A stretch of DNA of 64,000 nucleotides from Stegostoma tigrinum (taxonomy: Eukaryota): NCBI RefSeq assembly GCF_030684315.1, contig NC_081362.1, positions 96,269,187-96,333,186 on the forward strand. The letters are read 5' to 3'. Shown here one piece after another: positions 26,931 through 39,781 of this stretch (position 1 is its first letter; the number at the start of each line of letters is the position of its first letter). Both the position numbers and the translations under genes were made by a program. The notes beneath the pieces were generated by a model. The model saw only the letters and a list, made by a program, of their open reading frames with translations. It made no database searches and was not told where the DNA came from.

Positions 26931-29900
26931 ATTCGACTCTCTGGAAACTTGGCTGCCTGAGTTTGTGCATTTTACACCACCAGTCACGACAGCAGTGACA
27001 GGTAATGATGCAATCCCACTGGATGACCGAGACCCAGCTCATGACCCTAAGCGCCAAAGGCCACAACCAATTTTGAAGATTCGGGGCAAGGAGGGATAAA
27101 AAAGAACATGCACCCAAACACCACTACCTCAGTGACAACACAGAGAAAACTCAGTGAGGGTGCAAAGAAGCCTCAGTGAAGACTCGGTGAAGCTTCTGTG
27201 CAGGTTCAGTGAAGAATCAGTGAGGACTTGCAAGGAAGGACTTGCAGCAAGACTAGTGACAGGCAACAGTGAAGCAATACAAGAAGACCCAGGAGAAGAT
27301 CTGCTCTGATCTGTTCGACCCATCATTGTGGAAGACCGCCAGCCCTACTTTGGAGAGAAAGGAGATTCGAAGAGCCCTGCGGAAACTTGTAGATCATTGT
27401 GGATAAGATACTTTCAAAGATCCATAGAGGTAAATAAAATGCAAATGTTGTGAGAATTTGGGGAAGAGTCACTTGGTGCTTTTAATAAGGAACATTTTGT
27501 TGATGAAAGTCGGTTGAATCACAAACTTATTTCTGCATCCCCTTGCCCAGCTCACTAACAAAAGCACTTAGGTAAATTATATTTAACACATAAACTAGTC
27601 AAATCATGCACAACACCCCAACCCAGAACCTGCTTTTGCAGACCATCTTGTTCTTTCCCCAGAACAAACTGAAAACATACGCTCTTAGGTTTTCTGTCGC
27701 AAAAATACTCCCCAACAGTCACCTCAAATGTCTTTCCAGCTTCATTCCTCCGAATTAGCTCCAGCACTGCACCTTTCCCGGTTGAACCTTCTGCATATTG
27801 ATATAAAAGTCTCTCCTGTACACATTTTAAGAAATCTGTTCCTCTAAACCTTTTACACGTTTTTTTTGTTTTCTTTAATCATTAACAGGATGAAGCTGTC
27901 ACTGGCTAGGCAGCATTTATTGCCCATCACTAATTGTTCAGAGGGCAGTTTAGAGTCAACCACATTGCTGTAAGGCTGGAGTCACATGTCGGCCAGACCA
28001 GGGAAGGAAGGCAGTTTCCTTCCCTAAAGGACATTTGTGAACCAGATGGGAATTTTTTTGACAATCAACAGTGCTGTATTGCCTACTGGCATTTGGGCAT
28101 CAACAATACACTCCCTGGATGTGAGTCCCCTCTGTTTATTTCTAAACTGTACCCACAAAGCCTCATTTGCAGACCCTCTTAAGATGGCATCCTCCCTTAC
28201 TGTGGGAACGGACTCCTTTATAAATAATACAACACCACCTTTTCTTTGACACCCTCCACTGTCCTGCCTGAGGATCCTCTCCCTCAGACTGTTGAATTGC
28301 CAGCCCAGCCCCTCCCTCATCCATGTCCCTGTGATGACAACAAAATCCAATTCCAGGCATCATTCCATGCCCTTAACCCATCTGTTTTCCCTAATATACT
28401 CCAGGCATAAATGTACAGGCCATCCTGCCTGCCTTCCTCCTTTGAAACTCAACATGGTTGAACTCAATCTGCTGTGTCCCTACATTCTAACATTCTGTGA
28501 CCCCTTCCCCTGGGGAATTACTTTAAATTCCTCCCAAAAGCATGAGAAAACTCACCCACAAGAGTGTTGGCCCCATCCTGGTTCAGGTGCAGACTGTCCC
28601 ATCAATGGCTTTCCACAGTGTAAACAAACCATTCAAAAGGCAGCCTTCTCAGACACAAGTATCTTTGAATAAACCCACTTCCTCTGCCCAGCTTTGGCCC
28701 ACTGAACCATACAACAGAAATGTCTGAGTCAAAATGATGCTCTTCTCAGAGAGGCTTTCATTACAATGGAGCTTGGAATACAACTGTAAATCAGCCCATC
28801 CCAAGTGCCCACTGTGTGTGAATTAGCTCATAGAATTATATCACAGATGAGACAAAGAAACAGACCATTTGGTCCAATCAGTCAATGCTGGTGTTTCTGC
28901 TGTACTTGAACTTTTGACCATCCTTCTGCATATAGCTATCCACTCTTCTCCTCTATTTACTATCCCAACTTCTGCTGAAGTGAACCTCTGTTTTCACTTC
29001 AACCACTCCCTGTGATAATGAGATTCACTTTCTCAAAGTCTCCCTGAGGAAAGAGGTTTCTTCAGAATTCCCAATTGGATTTGTGCCATAGTTTTCAACT
29101 CCCACATCACATTTGCTGTGTATTCATGTACTATAAACAACTACCTTGTAGTGAAACAGCTACAGAAATGACCAATGGTTTGAGTCACTTGCTTGAGAGA
29201 AGATGCTGCCCTTGTGACATGTGAACAATGTCAGGATCAGGTGCTGTTGCTCACTGGCAGTTCAAGTCCCACCCTCTGGTATAATATGTCCCCTTAGGTT
29301 GATGAGAAGTAATGTCATATCGAACATAAAGAATAGTACAGCACAGGAATTGGTCCTTCAGCCCACCACGTCTGCGCTGACAACGATGCCATTCTACACC
29401 AATCCCATCTACCTGCACATCATCCATGTCCCTCTGTTCCCTGTCCACGTGTCTATCAAAATGCCTCTGAAACACTGCTATCATATCTGTTTCTACCACA
29501 TCCTCTGACAGCAGTCTCTGCACCTAGCACCCTCTCCGTAAAAATCCTGCCTCACACAATTCCTTTAAACATTCCCCCTCTTAGCTTAAAACTATGCACC
29601 CCAGTATTTCACATTTCCACCCTGAGGAAAAGACTTTGATTACTCACCCTATTCATGCCCCTCAAAATTTTATATACTTCTATCAGGTACCACCTCAGTC
29701 TCTGATACTCCAGTGAAAATAATACAAGTTTGTTCAACCTCCCCTTATGGCTAATGCATACCAATCCAAGAACTCCACCAATTTCCATGTCATCTGCCAG
29801 CTCTTCAGTGGTGTAAGGGCTAGCTCTGTATATAACTCATGCTGTGTTCTGTTTGGTGATCTCCAGCTGATGCTGCAATGAATGGCTGTGAGTTAAGCAC

Positions 29901-30249
29901 TTTGAGACCCCTGGGTCTATTGTCAGGGGTTCTCGAATTTAAACCTTCCCATTTCTCCCTCGTCACTTTCCCTTTCAGGCTCAGTTTCGGACTTAAGCAT
30001 TTGATCAAGTTTGTGAAACAGAGTCACACTGGAGTAGAAACGGTAACTTTGTTTCTCCCTCTGCAGATGCTGCCGTACCTGCTGTTTCTCCTGCAATTTT
30101 TGTTTTTTGATCAGGTTTTTGAGTTTTTTTTGTGCCTTGAGTCCTCATTCCTTGATTTGTGATAAAATTTTTCCTTCCTCACTTGTGTAAAGATTTGAAA
30201 TAATTTTACTGAGTGCATACTGCTTTATGAATGCCAGTGAGTGTTTAAT

Positions 30250-31930
30250 ACCATAAGACAATGAACGACAGGAACAGGAGTAGGCCAGTCAGCTCTCTGA
30301 ACCTGCTCTGCCATTCAATAGGATCATGGCTATTCCGGCATTCCTCACGTCCACTTTCTTGCAATTTCCTCAACTCTTGACTCCTGACTGATCAAGAATC
30401 TATCAGTCTCAGCCTTCAATATAAATAAGGACTCTTCCTTTGCAACTCACTGTGGCAAGGAGTTCCAAAGACTCATAACCCTCTGAGAGAGGAAATTCAC
30501 GTCTCTTTATTCTGAGAGATGTCCTCTCCTCCGAGACTTTCTCAACAGTACAGTCTTAGACTCTCTTCTCTTAGCATTTACCCTGGCAATCCCCTTTACA
30601 ATCATGTATGTTTCAATTAGATCTCTTCTCATTCTTCTCAAGACCCAGTGAGGAGAATCTCAACTTATTTAAACTTTGTCCAGAATGCAATCCCACTGTA
30701 CCAGCAATCATCCTTCATGAACCTTGTCAGAGCTGCTTCGATTAAATCATTCTTTTTTAATTCTTAAATAATGAATCCAAACTGTTCACAGTATACATAA
30801 TCTCTCCAGCACCTTGCACAGTTGCAGTAAGACTTCCAAACTCTTGTTCTCCAACAGTAAGGGCCCACATTCCATTCGCCTTCCTGATTACCTGCTACAC
30901 CTGTGTGCTAGCTTTCTGTGTTATGTGCACTAGTCCCCCCAAGTCCCTTTTCATTGCAGCTTCCTGTAGTTCCTCTCCATTTAAATAATATTCCATTTTT
31001 TTGTTCTCTTTTTAAAAATTAACAACTTCACATTTGCCCATAGTGTTCTCCATCAGCCAGCTTTCTTCCTGCTTATTTCATCTACCAATATCTCTCTGTA
31101 AACTGTTTGTATTCCTTATGCAATCTGCCTTTCCACCTATTTTTTGTGTCAGTTGCAAGGTGGCTCCAGAATTTTCACTTCCCCCCTCCTCATCATTAAT
31201 GTACATTGTAAACAGTGGCAGTTCCAGCACTGAGTCTTTGGGAACCCGGTTGGTCATGGATCGCCAACCGTAAAAGGACACCTTAGCCCCCTATCATATA
31301 CTTGAGCCAACTCTCAATGGTCCTTACCAATACATCCCCTCCATCATGGTGAGCTCTTATCTACTGACTGAACCTTTTGACAGGTAGCTTGTTTAACACC
31401 TTCTGGAAGTCCAAAAATGTACAACTACTGGTTCCCCTCTACCCACTTGGGTTGAGAAATCCTTGAAAAGCTCCAATAAATTAGTCAAACATGATTTCCC
31501 TTTCATGAAGCTTTGCTGACTTTGCTCAATTAGACTATAATTTTCCAAATTGATTCTTTAGTAATTGATTCCAGCAATTTTTCAACAATAGATATTCTGC
31601 TTGTTGGCATTCAGAAATGCATGATTTGCCCCCCTCATTTTCAGTCAGGGGTGTCAAATTTGTAGCTTTACTATCATCTCATACTTGTCCAGAATACAAG
31701 GAGTATTGGAAAATTACAAACAATGCATCTAATATTGTTGTAGCTCCTTCTTTCAGGATCCTAGGATGCAAGCCATCAAGGCCAGGGACTGATCTGCCCT
31801 CAGCCCCATGAGTTCATCTAACACGGCTGCTTCAGTGACAGAGATAGGACTGACTCTCTCCCTAATGTTCTTTAGTTTTATTGGAATGTTCAATGTATCT
31901 TCTACCATAAAGACCAACCCAATGATTTTC
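30250..31930 (-). mobile_element. Old CR1 LINE fragment
   Basis: ORF 31078-31281 VPKDSVLELPLFTMYIND; CR1-type 3' end near 30250. Confidence 0.75.
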
Positions 31931-32099
31931 CATGGATGTTTGGACCATTTAAAGGGTTGCATCAAATGTGTGAATTCTCCATGTTTAAGTGAGTGAGTCT
32001 GGGGAACTTGCACTGAATAAATAATTAACACCTGAAATGAACTTCACCATGCCACATTCAGAAATTCCAACCAGTAATATCCTCCCTCAGAAGACAGCA

Positions 32100-32262
32100 G
32101 CCATTGGTTTATTATCACTGCTTCCCCTTTACTAACACTTTAACTTCTTTAACTCCTGAGGACTGAGACATTAAAGAAGCTGCAGATGGCTTGGACCCTT
32201 TGAGCTTTGTGTATTAACTGGACGTACAATAAACGGTGTGACTAAGTGGTGTCACTATTGAG
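32100..32262 (+). promoter_or_regulatory. Putative promoter/5'UTR of gene B, conserved with gene A
   Basis: Non-repeat sequence homologous to the reverse complement of 24892-25050 (e.g. ttcccccttta..., acattaaagaag.tgca). Regulatory role is inferred from position. Confidence 0.4.
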
Positions 32263-32314
32263 ATGATCCGTGGCACTCTAATCGCCGTGACCCTGTGCCT
32301 CTATGGTGCTTTGG
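32263..32314 (+). CDS. Signal-peptide (leader) exon of plus-strand multi-VJ IgSF gene (gene B)
   Basis: ATG ATC CGT...GCT TTG G|gtaagt gives MIRGTLIAVTLCLYGAL + 1 nt. Perfect donor, phase 1, matches the phase-1 acceptor at 33736. Paralogous to the exon at 24840-24891. Confidence 0.85.
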
Positions 32315-32434
32315 GTAAGTGTTTGCTTTGGAGGAGTTTACCTTGTTATAAAAGACCTTCCCATGGTTTGTGCTATTGAGGAGTTTGTGTGAATTCTATA
32401 AGTTTGAACTGGAGGGGAGTGTCACAAGTATCAC

Positions 32435-33140
32435 AGGGATCTGGATGTACAGGTACACAGGTTCCTGAAAGTGGCAACACGGATAGAGAAGGCAGTCAAC
32501 AAGGCATACATCATGCTTGCCTTCATCAGCCAGGGCATTGAGTTTATAAATTGGCAGGTAATGTTGCAGCTTTATGGAACTTTAGTTAGGCCACACTTGG
32601 AATATTGTGTTCAATTTGGGTCACCACACTACCAGAAGGATATGGTGGCTTTGGGGACAGTGCAGGACAGATTTACCAGGATGTTGCCTGGTTTGGAGGA
32701 TATTAGCTATGAAAAGAGGTTGAAGTCATTTGCGTTGTTCTCACTGGAATGACAGAGGTTGAGGGGTGACCTGATAGAAGTGTGCAAGATTATGAAGGAG
32801 GGCATGGAGAGACTGGACAGTCAGAAGCTTTTTCCCGGGTTGGAAGGTTCAGCTACTCGGGGGCATAAGTTTAAGATGTGAGGGGCAAGATTTAAAGGTG
32901 ATGTACAAGGCGAGTTTTTTTTACGCAGAGGGTGCTGGGTTCCTGAAACTCGCTGCTAGGGAAGGTAGAGGCAGTGGAGATGCGATAGCGTCATTGAAAG
33001 GGCATATTAACAAATACATGAATAGAATGGGAATATAGGTCCCCGGAAGGTTAGGAGGTCTTTGTTATGGTGGGCAGCATGTCGATGCAGGCTTGGAGGG
33101 CTGAAGGGCCTGTTCCTGAGCTGTAACTTTCTTTGTTCTT
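32435..33140 (+). mobile_element. CR1 3' fragment in gene B intron 1
   Basis: LVRPHLEYCVQF..RFTRMLPGL. Confidence 0.85.
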
Positions 33141-33736
33141 TGCAAAGATTTATCACTGTCTGGAGACTGTTTCGTCAAGCTGACATCGAGGTCTACAGGC
33201 TCGGAACACAGACAAGAAAACAAACTGTTTTCTGGGTACATCGTCAATTATTATGTCGCCAGCACCGATCCGTGCGACACTCCAATAGCTGCAGGCTGTC
33301 ATTCTTAAAAGGACACGTTTCCCCAACTGTCTGTCTTCTCTTCAATGCCTATTCCTTTATCCATACTATTATCTGATCGTCTTATGCAGCCTAATGTGTG
33401 GGATCTTATTAAGAATGTTACTTAAGATCTCTTTTCTGAATACAGAACCAAGGTTTGTATTAGTGGGTGAGCTAATTCTTTATTCCCTATTATAAATTCC
33501 TCTTTTCTGATTGTAAGGGAATGATATTTATCTTCACCATCAGCCTCCGGGAACCGTTCGAATCAGTAACATGTTCCCCACAAAATTACTTCCTTAATCA
33601 AACATTAATCAATCCCTCCTTGGCTCTGTTGTTTTTCAGGCCAAAGACTACTGGGAGGGTGCCGTTAAATCCTAGTGGGAGTTTCGAACAAACAGACTGC
33701 TGTTCATTTATTGATTTATTTTTAACTATTTTTAAG

Positions 33737-34113
33737 ATGCAAATTTCCCAGTCCTTCTCCAGTCTCCGATCATGGAACGAATCACCGAGGGTCACACTGC
33801 CCGGTTACAGTGCACCATGAGGAACGTCGCAGTGACACACATCGATGTTCACTGGTCCCGGGAGCGACCAGGAAGAAGGAGCGAGTGGATTTTGGTGCAT
33901 TACTCGTGGAATTATGTACAACGGTACCTAGCTTATTACACATGGAATCACAAGCAGTGGTACTCAGGTTTGAAAACGCGATTCCAGTCTTCTAGAAACT
34001 CCTCCAGGAACAACTTCATTCTGACCATCACAAACGTGCAGCCCAGTGACACTGGGGTCTATTACTGCTCAATCTGGGAAGGATCAGTGGTGGAAGAAGC
34101 CGGCTCATTGTAG
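33737..34113 (+). CDS. Gene B V exon 1: pre-joined VJ-type Ig V domain, open up to a frameshift-derived stop
   Basis: Acceptor tatttttaag|AT. Reads DANFPVLLQSP..ARLQCTMRNVAVTHIDVHW..FILTITNVQPSDTGVYYCSIW, with Cys, Trp and DxGxYYC intact. A 1-nt loss after YYCSIW shifts the G strand (ancestral ..ISGGRSRLIVD, ending 34116) and gives TAG at 34111-34113. The donor gtaagt seen in paralogs is deleted. Confidence 0.85.
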
Positions 34114-34789
34114 ACAGTTTACACGACAAACCTCTCCAGCAATAACCTCTTGCCCAATGAATGATTTGGGGATCAGTTCATGATGAATAATCCTGAGGAG
34201 GTGTTGGAGAGTAATCTCAGGGATGGATTCACTGTCAGGAGGAAGCTGAGCTCAGGTTCGATGTTGGTAGGTTTATGGGAGAAAGGGTGTATTTTTGTGA
34301 TAATGGGAGGAAGACTCTGTGGCAAATGTGAAGCTTTATCTTGCGGAATGACTGATATAAATTCCATTTGATTCACTAGAGTGTCAGTACCATTGGGCTG
34401 GATGAGCAGAGTCAGGGAGATTGCTCTGTCAGGCGCCACATCTGCAGGGAATCTCCCAGGGATTGGAAATGAACCATAGTTCACAAAGGGGCACACACAT
34501 CTCTCTCCATTCAAGAGACATTTTTATTTGATCCAGGTTAAAGGGAGCCACTCCACATCGAGCACAGAGCAAGAGGAGGGGCTCACTCTTTGAATTATAC
34601 ATCACACAAACAGACCTGTCGTCCCAACCAGTCCCTGCTGACCAGAATCCCAAAATAAATGAGTCGTAACATCAGAGGCTGCACTGATGATGTTGCCCAG
34701 GAGGGTGTTGAAACATCTACACACGAGCGAACCGGCTCAGCGAACAAACCGACCACAGCATCCACAACCCGAGCTACAAATCTACTCAA

Positions 34790-37480
34790 GAACTTTAGTC
34801 CCATCTGCCTGCAATGGGCCCCTATCTTTCCAAACATCTCTTTTTCATGTCCTTATCTAAATGTCTTTGAGATGTCATAACTGTACCTGCATCCACCACT
34901 TCCTGTAGAAGCTCATTCCACACATGAGCCACTCTGTGTACTAATATTGCCCTGCATGCCTTTTAAAATCTTTCTTCTCTCACTTTAAACAGATGCCCAC
35001 AATCTTGAAATCTCCACCCTAAGGAAATGACCTGCCTTTCACCTTATCTCCACCTCTCATGATTTCATAAATCTCACCCCTCAATCTCCTATGCTCCAGT
35101 GAAAAATGTCCCAGCATCTGACATCTCCCCACAATTGAAACCTTCCATTCCCAGCAACGGCTTGGTAAATCTCTTCTGACCCTTTCGAAACTTCATTACA
35201 TTCTTCATATAACAATACACCAGAACTGGACACAATGCTCCAGAAAAGGTCACAGTAATGTCCAGTACAAGTTCAACATGATGTCCCAACTTCCATATTC
35301 AAAGGTCTGAGCAATGAGGCCAGCATGCTCAGTGCTTTCTAAAAGATCCTATTTATACATGATGCAAAATTCAAAGAATTATGTCCCTGAATTCCTTTGT
35401 CTTTCTGTTCTACAGCACCACCCAAGGCCCTGCTTTTAATTGTATAAGTCTTACCCTTGTTTGTTCGACCAAAATTCAATACCTTGCATTGATCAAAACT
35501 AAACACCTCCTGCCACTCCTCAATGCACTGACCTGATTGATCGAGATCTCTTTGTAATCTTAGATGATCTTATTCACTCTCCACTATACCACAAGCTTGG
35601 TGTAATCCACAAATGTACCATCCATACCTTCTGTATTCTCATCTAAATCATTTCTATAAATGGCAGACAAAAGTGGACCCAGTACTGATCCCTGTGTAAC
35701 ACAGCTGGTAACAGGCTTCCAGCCTGAGAAACAGCTCTCTAACATCACTCTCTGTCTCCTGCCATTCGGCCAAACTTGTACCCAGTTGGCAAGTCCACCC
35801 TGAATCCCAGGCGATCTAACTTTATTAATCAGTCTACCACGAGGAACCTTGTCGAAGACTTTGTTAAAATCCAAATAAACAATGCCTCCTGTGCTGCCCC
35901 TATCAATCTTCTTAGTTACTTCCTCAAAAACTCACTCAAGTTTGTGAGACAAATTTCCCTCACACAAAACCATGCTGATCATTCCTAATCATTCTTTGCC
36001 TCTCCAAATTCATATAAATCCTATCTTTCAGAACCACTTCCAACTTAGCCACCACCGAAGTCAGACTCACAGGTCTATAGTTCCCCCAGATACATCCTTT
36101 CTTCATCAAAGGCACAACATTGGCTATTCTCCTGTCATTCAGTTCATCACCTAGTTGTGAATGACACAAATATTTTTGCATGGGGCCCTGAAATTTCTTT
36201 CCTAACTTCGCAAAAAGTCCTGTGATACATTAGATCATGTCAGGAAGATCTATCTATCTTGATATTTTCCGAGGCCTCCAGCACTTTCTGTTTTTTTCGT
36301 GTGAACTGTTTTAAAAACATCAATATTTATTTGCCGAGGTACTCCAGCTTCTATTGATTTCTCCACAGTAGAAACTGACACAAAGTTGTCATTTAATCTC
36401 ATCTCCTGAGGCTCAACACAAATATGAACTCTTTGATCTTGAAGGGGACCTGCTGTCTTGCCCTTAATGTACTTGCAGAATCTCTTTGAATTATCCCTGA
36501 ACTTCCTTGCCAAATCTCTCTAATATCCTCTCTTTGCTTTCCTGATCTCCCTCTTAACAAAGGCCTGACACTCTTTATACTGCTCAAGAGATTCATTTGA
36601 ACCCAGTTGCTTACATCTAATGTATGTTTTGTTTTAAATCTTGACCATAACCTCAATATTTTTATTTATCCAGGAGCAAAAACAAAGTTGCTGGAAAATC
36701 TCAGCAGGTCTGGCAGCATCTGTGGAGGAGAAAAAAAGAGTTAGAATGGGCCACCAGACCTGAAATGTTAACTTTTTTTTCTCCTCCACAGATGCTGCCA
36801 GGCCTGCTGAGCTATTCCAGAAACTTTCTTTTTGTTCCTGATTTACAGCATCTGCAGTTCTTTTGGTTCTTATCTTTATTTATCCATTGTTTTCTAATCC
36901 TATCAGCCTTACGATTCATTCTAACAGGAACATAATGAGTCTGTTACCACACGACTTATCAGACATCCCTTTACTTGTAAACAGTCTATTTCAATCAAAT
37001 TTTGAGATTTCTTGTATCATACCACTAAAATTTACTTTAGTCCGATTAAAAAAAAACTTTAATTTTTATGGATGTCTTATTTTGTTTCCATAGCAATTTT
37101 AAAATGAATAGAATTATGACCATGAGACCCAAGGTGTTATCATTTATCACTTCAGTCATTTGCCCAGTCTTATTACCTAAGTGAAGGTTATGCTTTGCTC
37201 TTTCTCTTGTAGGAGCATTTAAAGATTGATAAATAAAATTTTCTTGAACATATTTGACAAATTCTTCACAATCCAAGCCTTTAACACGATGGCAGTCCCA
37301 TACGTAGCTGACATCTCTCTACATATTTGGTCCTCAATTTCCTTCTGAACTTTGGGGATCTAAAGTGCAATCTCATCAAAGTAATCATTCCCTTTGAATT
37401 TTGAATTTCGAATTTCGACCCATATATTTTCACAGGATGATTTTTCAGAAAGATATTCTCTTGTTACAGTAGTAACATTT
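34790..37480 (-). mobile_element. Old CR1 LINE (EN-RT remnants) with small insertion
   Basis: ORFs MDFNKVFDKVP..QGSVLGP, NYRPVSLTS and PTRERAKHNLHLGN. Confidence 0.8.
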
Positions 37481-39781
37481 TCCTTAATCAAAAACTGTGG
37501 GGTATTGTCATTATTTGATATTATACTCCAGCCGTCTGAGCTCCAAGACTAGGGAAGAGTGATCATAGTATTCTGGGAGTTTCCAACATAATTAGCTGGG
37601 GATTCATGTTGAATATTGCTGAGAGCCTGTCTTCACCCAACCCCGGCCCCATCCATTGTGGTTCAGGTAGTTCCTGGGGCTTTCTCTTATACTTGGATAA
37701 GCATATGGATGATGATGGGATAGTGTAGGGGGATGGGCTTAGATTAGCTCACAGGTTGGCACAACATCGAGGGGCACAGGGCCTGTTCCGCGCTGTATTG
37801 TTCTGTGTTCTACTTGCCCCATTTTGGGTGAGTGGGCAGCTAATATCTGATCAGAGTTAATGCAGAGAGATGTGAGGACAGTCAGATTAGTTGGAAAAAT
37901 AAGTGCAGTAGAGACAATTTTAATTAAAAGTGCAATTCTAACGGATGTGTAGGAGCAGACAGACCAAGAGTATACACTTTAGGTAAAAAGAAAATCAAAT
38001 TCATACGGTAACATAAGAACAACGCTTTAAAGTTCTGTAGCAAAAAGAAAACGCTGAAGAGAAACCCATTTTCGGACACCATAAAAATATATGGCCTGTG
38101 AGAAAATGGAATATGAAATTATTTGGCCATTTCTTAATTGAAGAGGTTTTGCCACATGATCAAAAATTTGTTACAGTTTACAAAATTCAAATTAACTTCC
38201 AATCAATCAAACATGCCAAGAAAATATAAGAAATGGGTTTTATTGTTAAGTTGCTGGGCTGATTGATTTTGATTGCAGCCTAGCAACAGTTTCTGGGCTT
38301 GAGCTTGAGCTGTGTGCTTTCACAGACCAAAAGGAGAGCAGCTGAATTAAAATGTCAAGCTGACCAAAAGCAGTGAGGAGAGATCCCTCTCTTCTGGTGA
38401 AAAAAACAGAAGGAAACTTCAAGCAGGCCCAGCTACACAATTTCTCCCTCTCAGTAAATAAAAGACAAGGAAAAAGCAGATAAGATCTCTTTACGTAGAA
38501 TTTGTAAAGATAACATTTCCAATATCAGAGCTTCAAGTTATTTCCCGTTGGAATCTGAAATATGGTCAGGAGATCTCCCATCATGACATAACTTTTAAGA
38601 ATCAGCCTCATTGACAAGAAATCGAAGGAATCTGAGAAGTCAACACATTCTACCTTTCGATGTAAGTTGCTTGCAGCATTGGGAAAGCCTTTCATTCTGG
38701 CCTTTTGTTTTGAAGAAACAACCTGAACTATTTCTGCAGAGCAGTGTTTCCTTGGCTGTGAATGAAGGTATGTTTGAGATTAACGGGATATATTTTAATT
38801 GTAGACAGAAATGCGCTTGCTAATCACATTGTCTGCTTGTTTCAAGAATTTGTCTTGTTGATAATAAATACGTTGGTTTTGAGGTCATTTACCAAACTGC
38901 TTGATTTTTTTTAAACTTTGGACTGGAGGACAGACGAGAGATAAATTGGCTGTATTGTTGACTCAGTGTGGCTTTGCGGTTATTTGGGGCTTGATTACTC
39001 ATGCACTCCCCCATAGAGTTTAAACTCTGTGATGTGAGTGTGTGGCTTCCATGTAATTTTAATATCATTTAGGTTGGAATTAGGATTTTGAACTCGTGGC
39101 ATTTAGTTTTGGTCTGTGTGTTTTGGTCTCTGTGAGTTTGAGGGGATTTAAAGATTTACATGTTGATACTTCTGGAGCTATGATTACTAAAAGAATAATC
39201 TGACAGAAAGAGTTCTTGGAGAGATAATGGCTTGCATTTTGAAAGATTTTATGAACAAACAAAGTAAACATTGAAATCATTAGGGTGCTTTCAGGTTGAT
39301 GGAATTGGATTGTTTCTTTTATGTTGGATCTTGGGTTAGTTAGTAATGAGGATACCCCCAGTCCCAAGGGATATCTAGTCCCAGTGAATACTCAGGGGTG
39401 CTGTGAACATGGCAGTTAGAGGATTGTGAGGAGACAGGCTCAGGGAAAGGTGATCATTTCAAGGAAAGCAGTGAACAGTATGGGAAGGGAATGAAAGAGC
39501 TTCACAGAAGATGCTGCATTATCTGAGCAATGAATGGGTCACCAGTTGGCGCTGGGATCAGGGAGAAGGGAATGGGAGACATGAGGAGCTCAGAGCCTCT
39601 GGTGGGGACAGAGAGTGGGGAGAACTTGGGCCTGGGAGTTGTAATCAGGAGCTACCCTTTGTTCAGGCAACATCACTCTACACACTGTCACTGCTGATCC
39701 TCTTTCAATATTTATAGTAACAGTTATTATAGTTATTTAATTACTCAATTAAGTTTTGTTTGATCTGCTGCAACTCCACTG

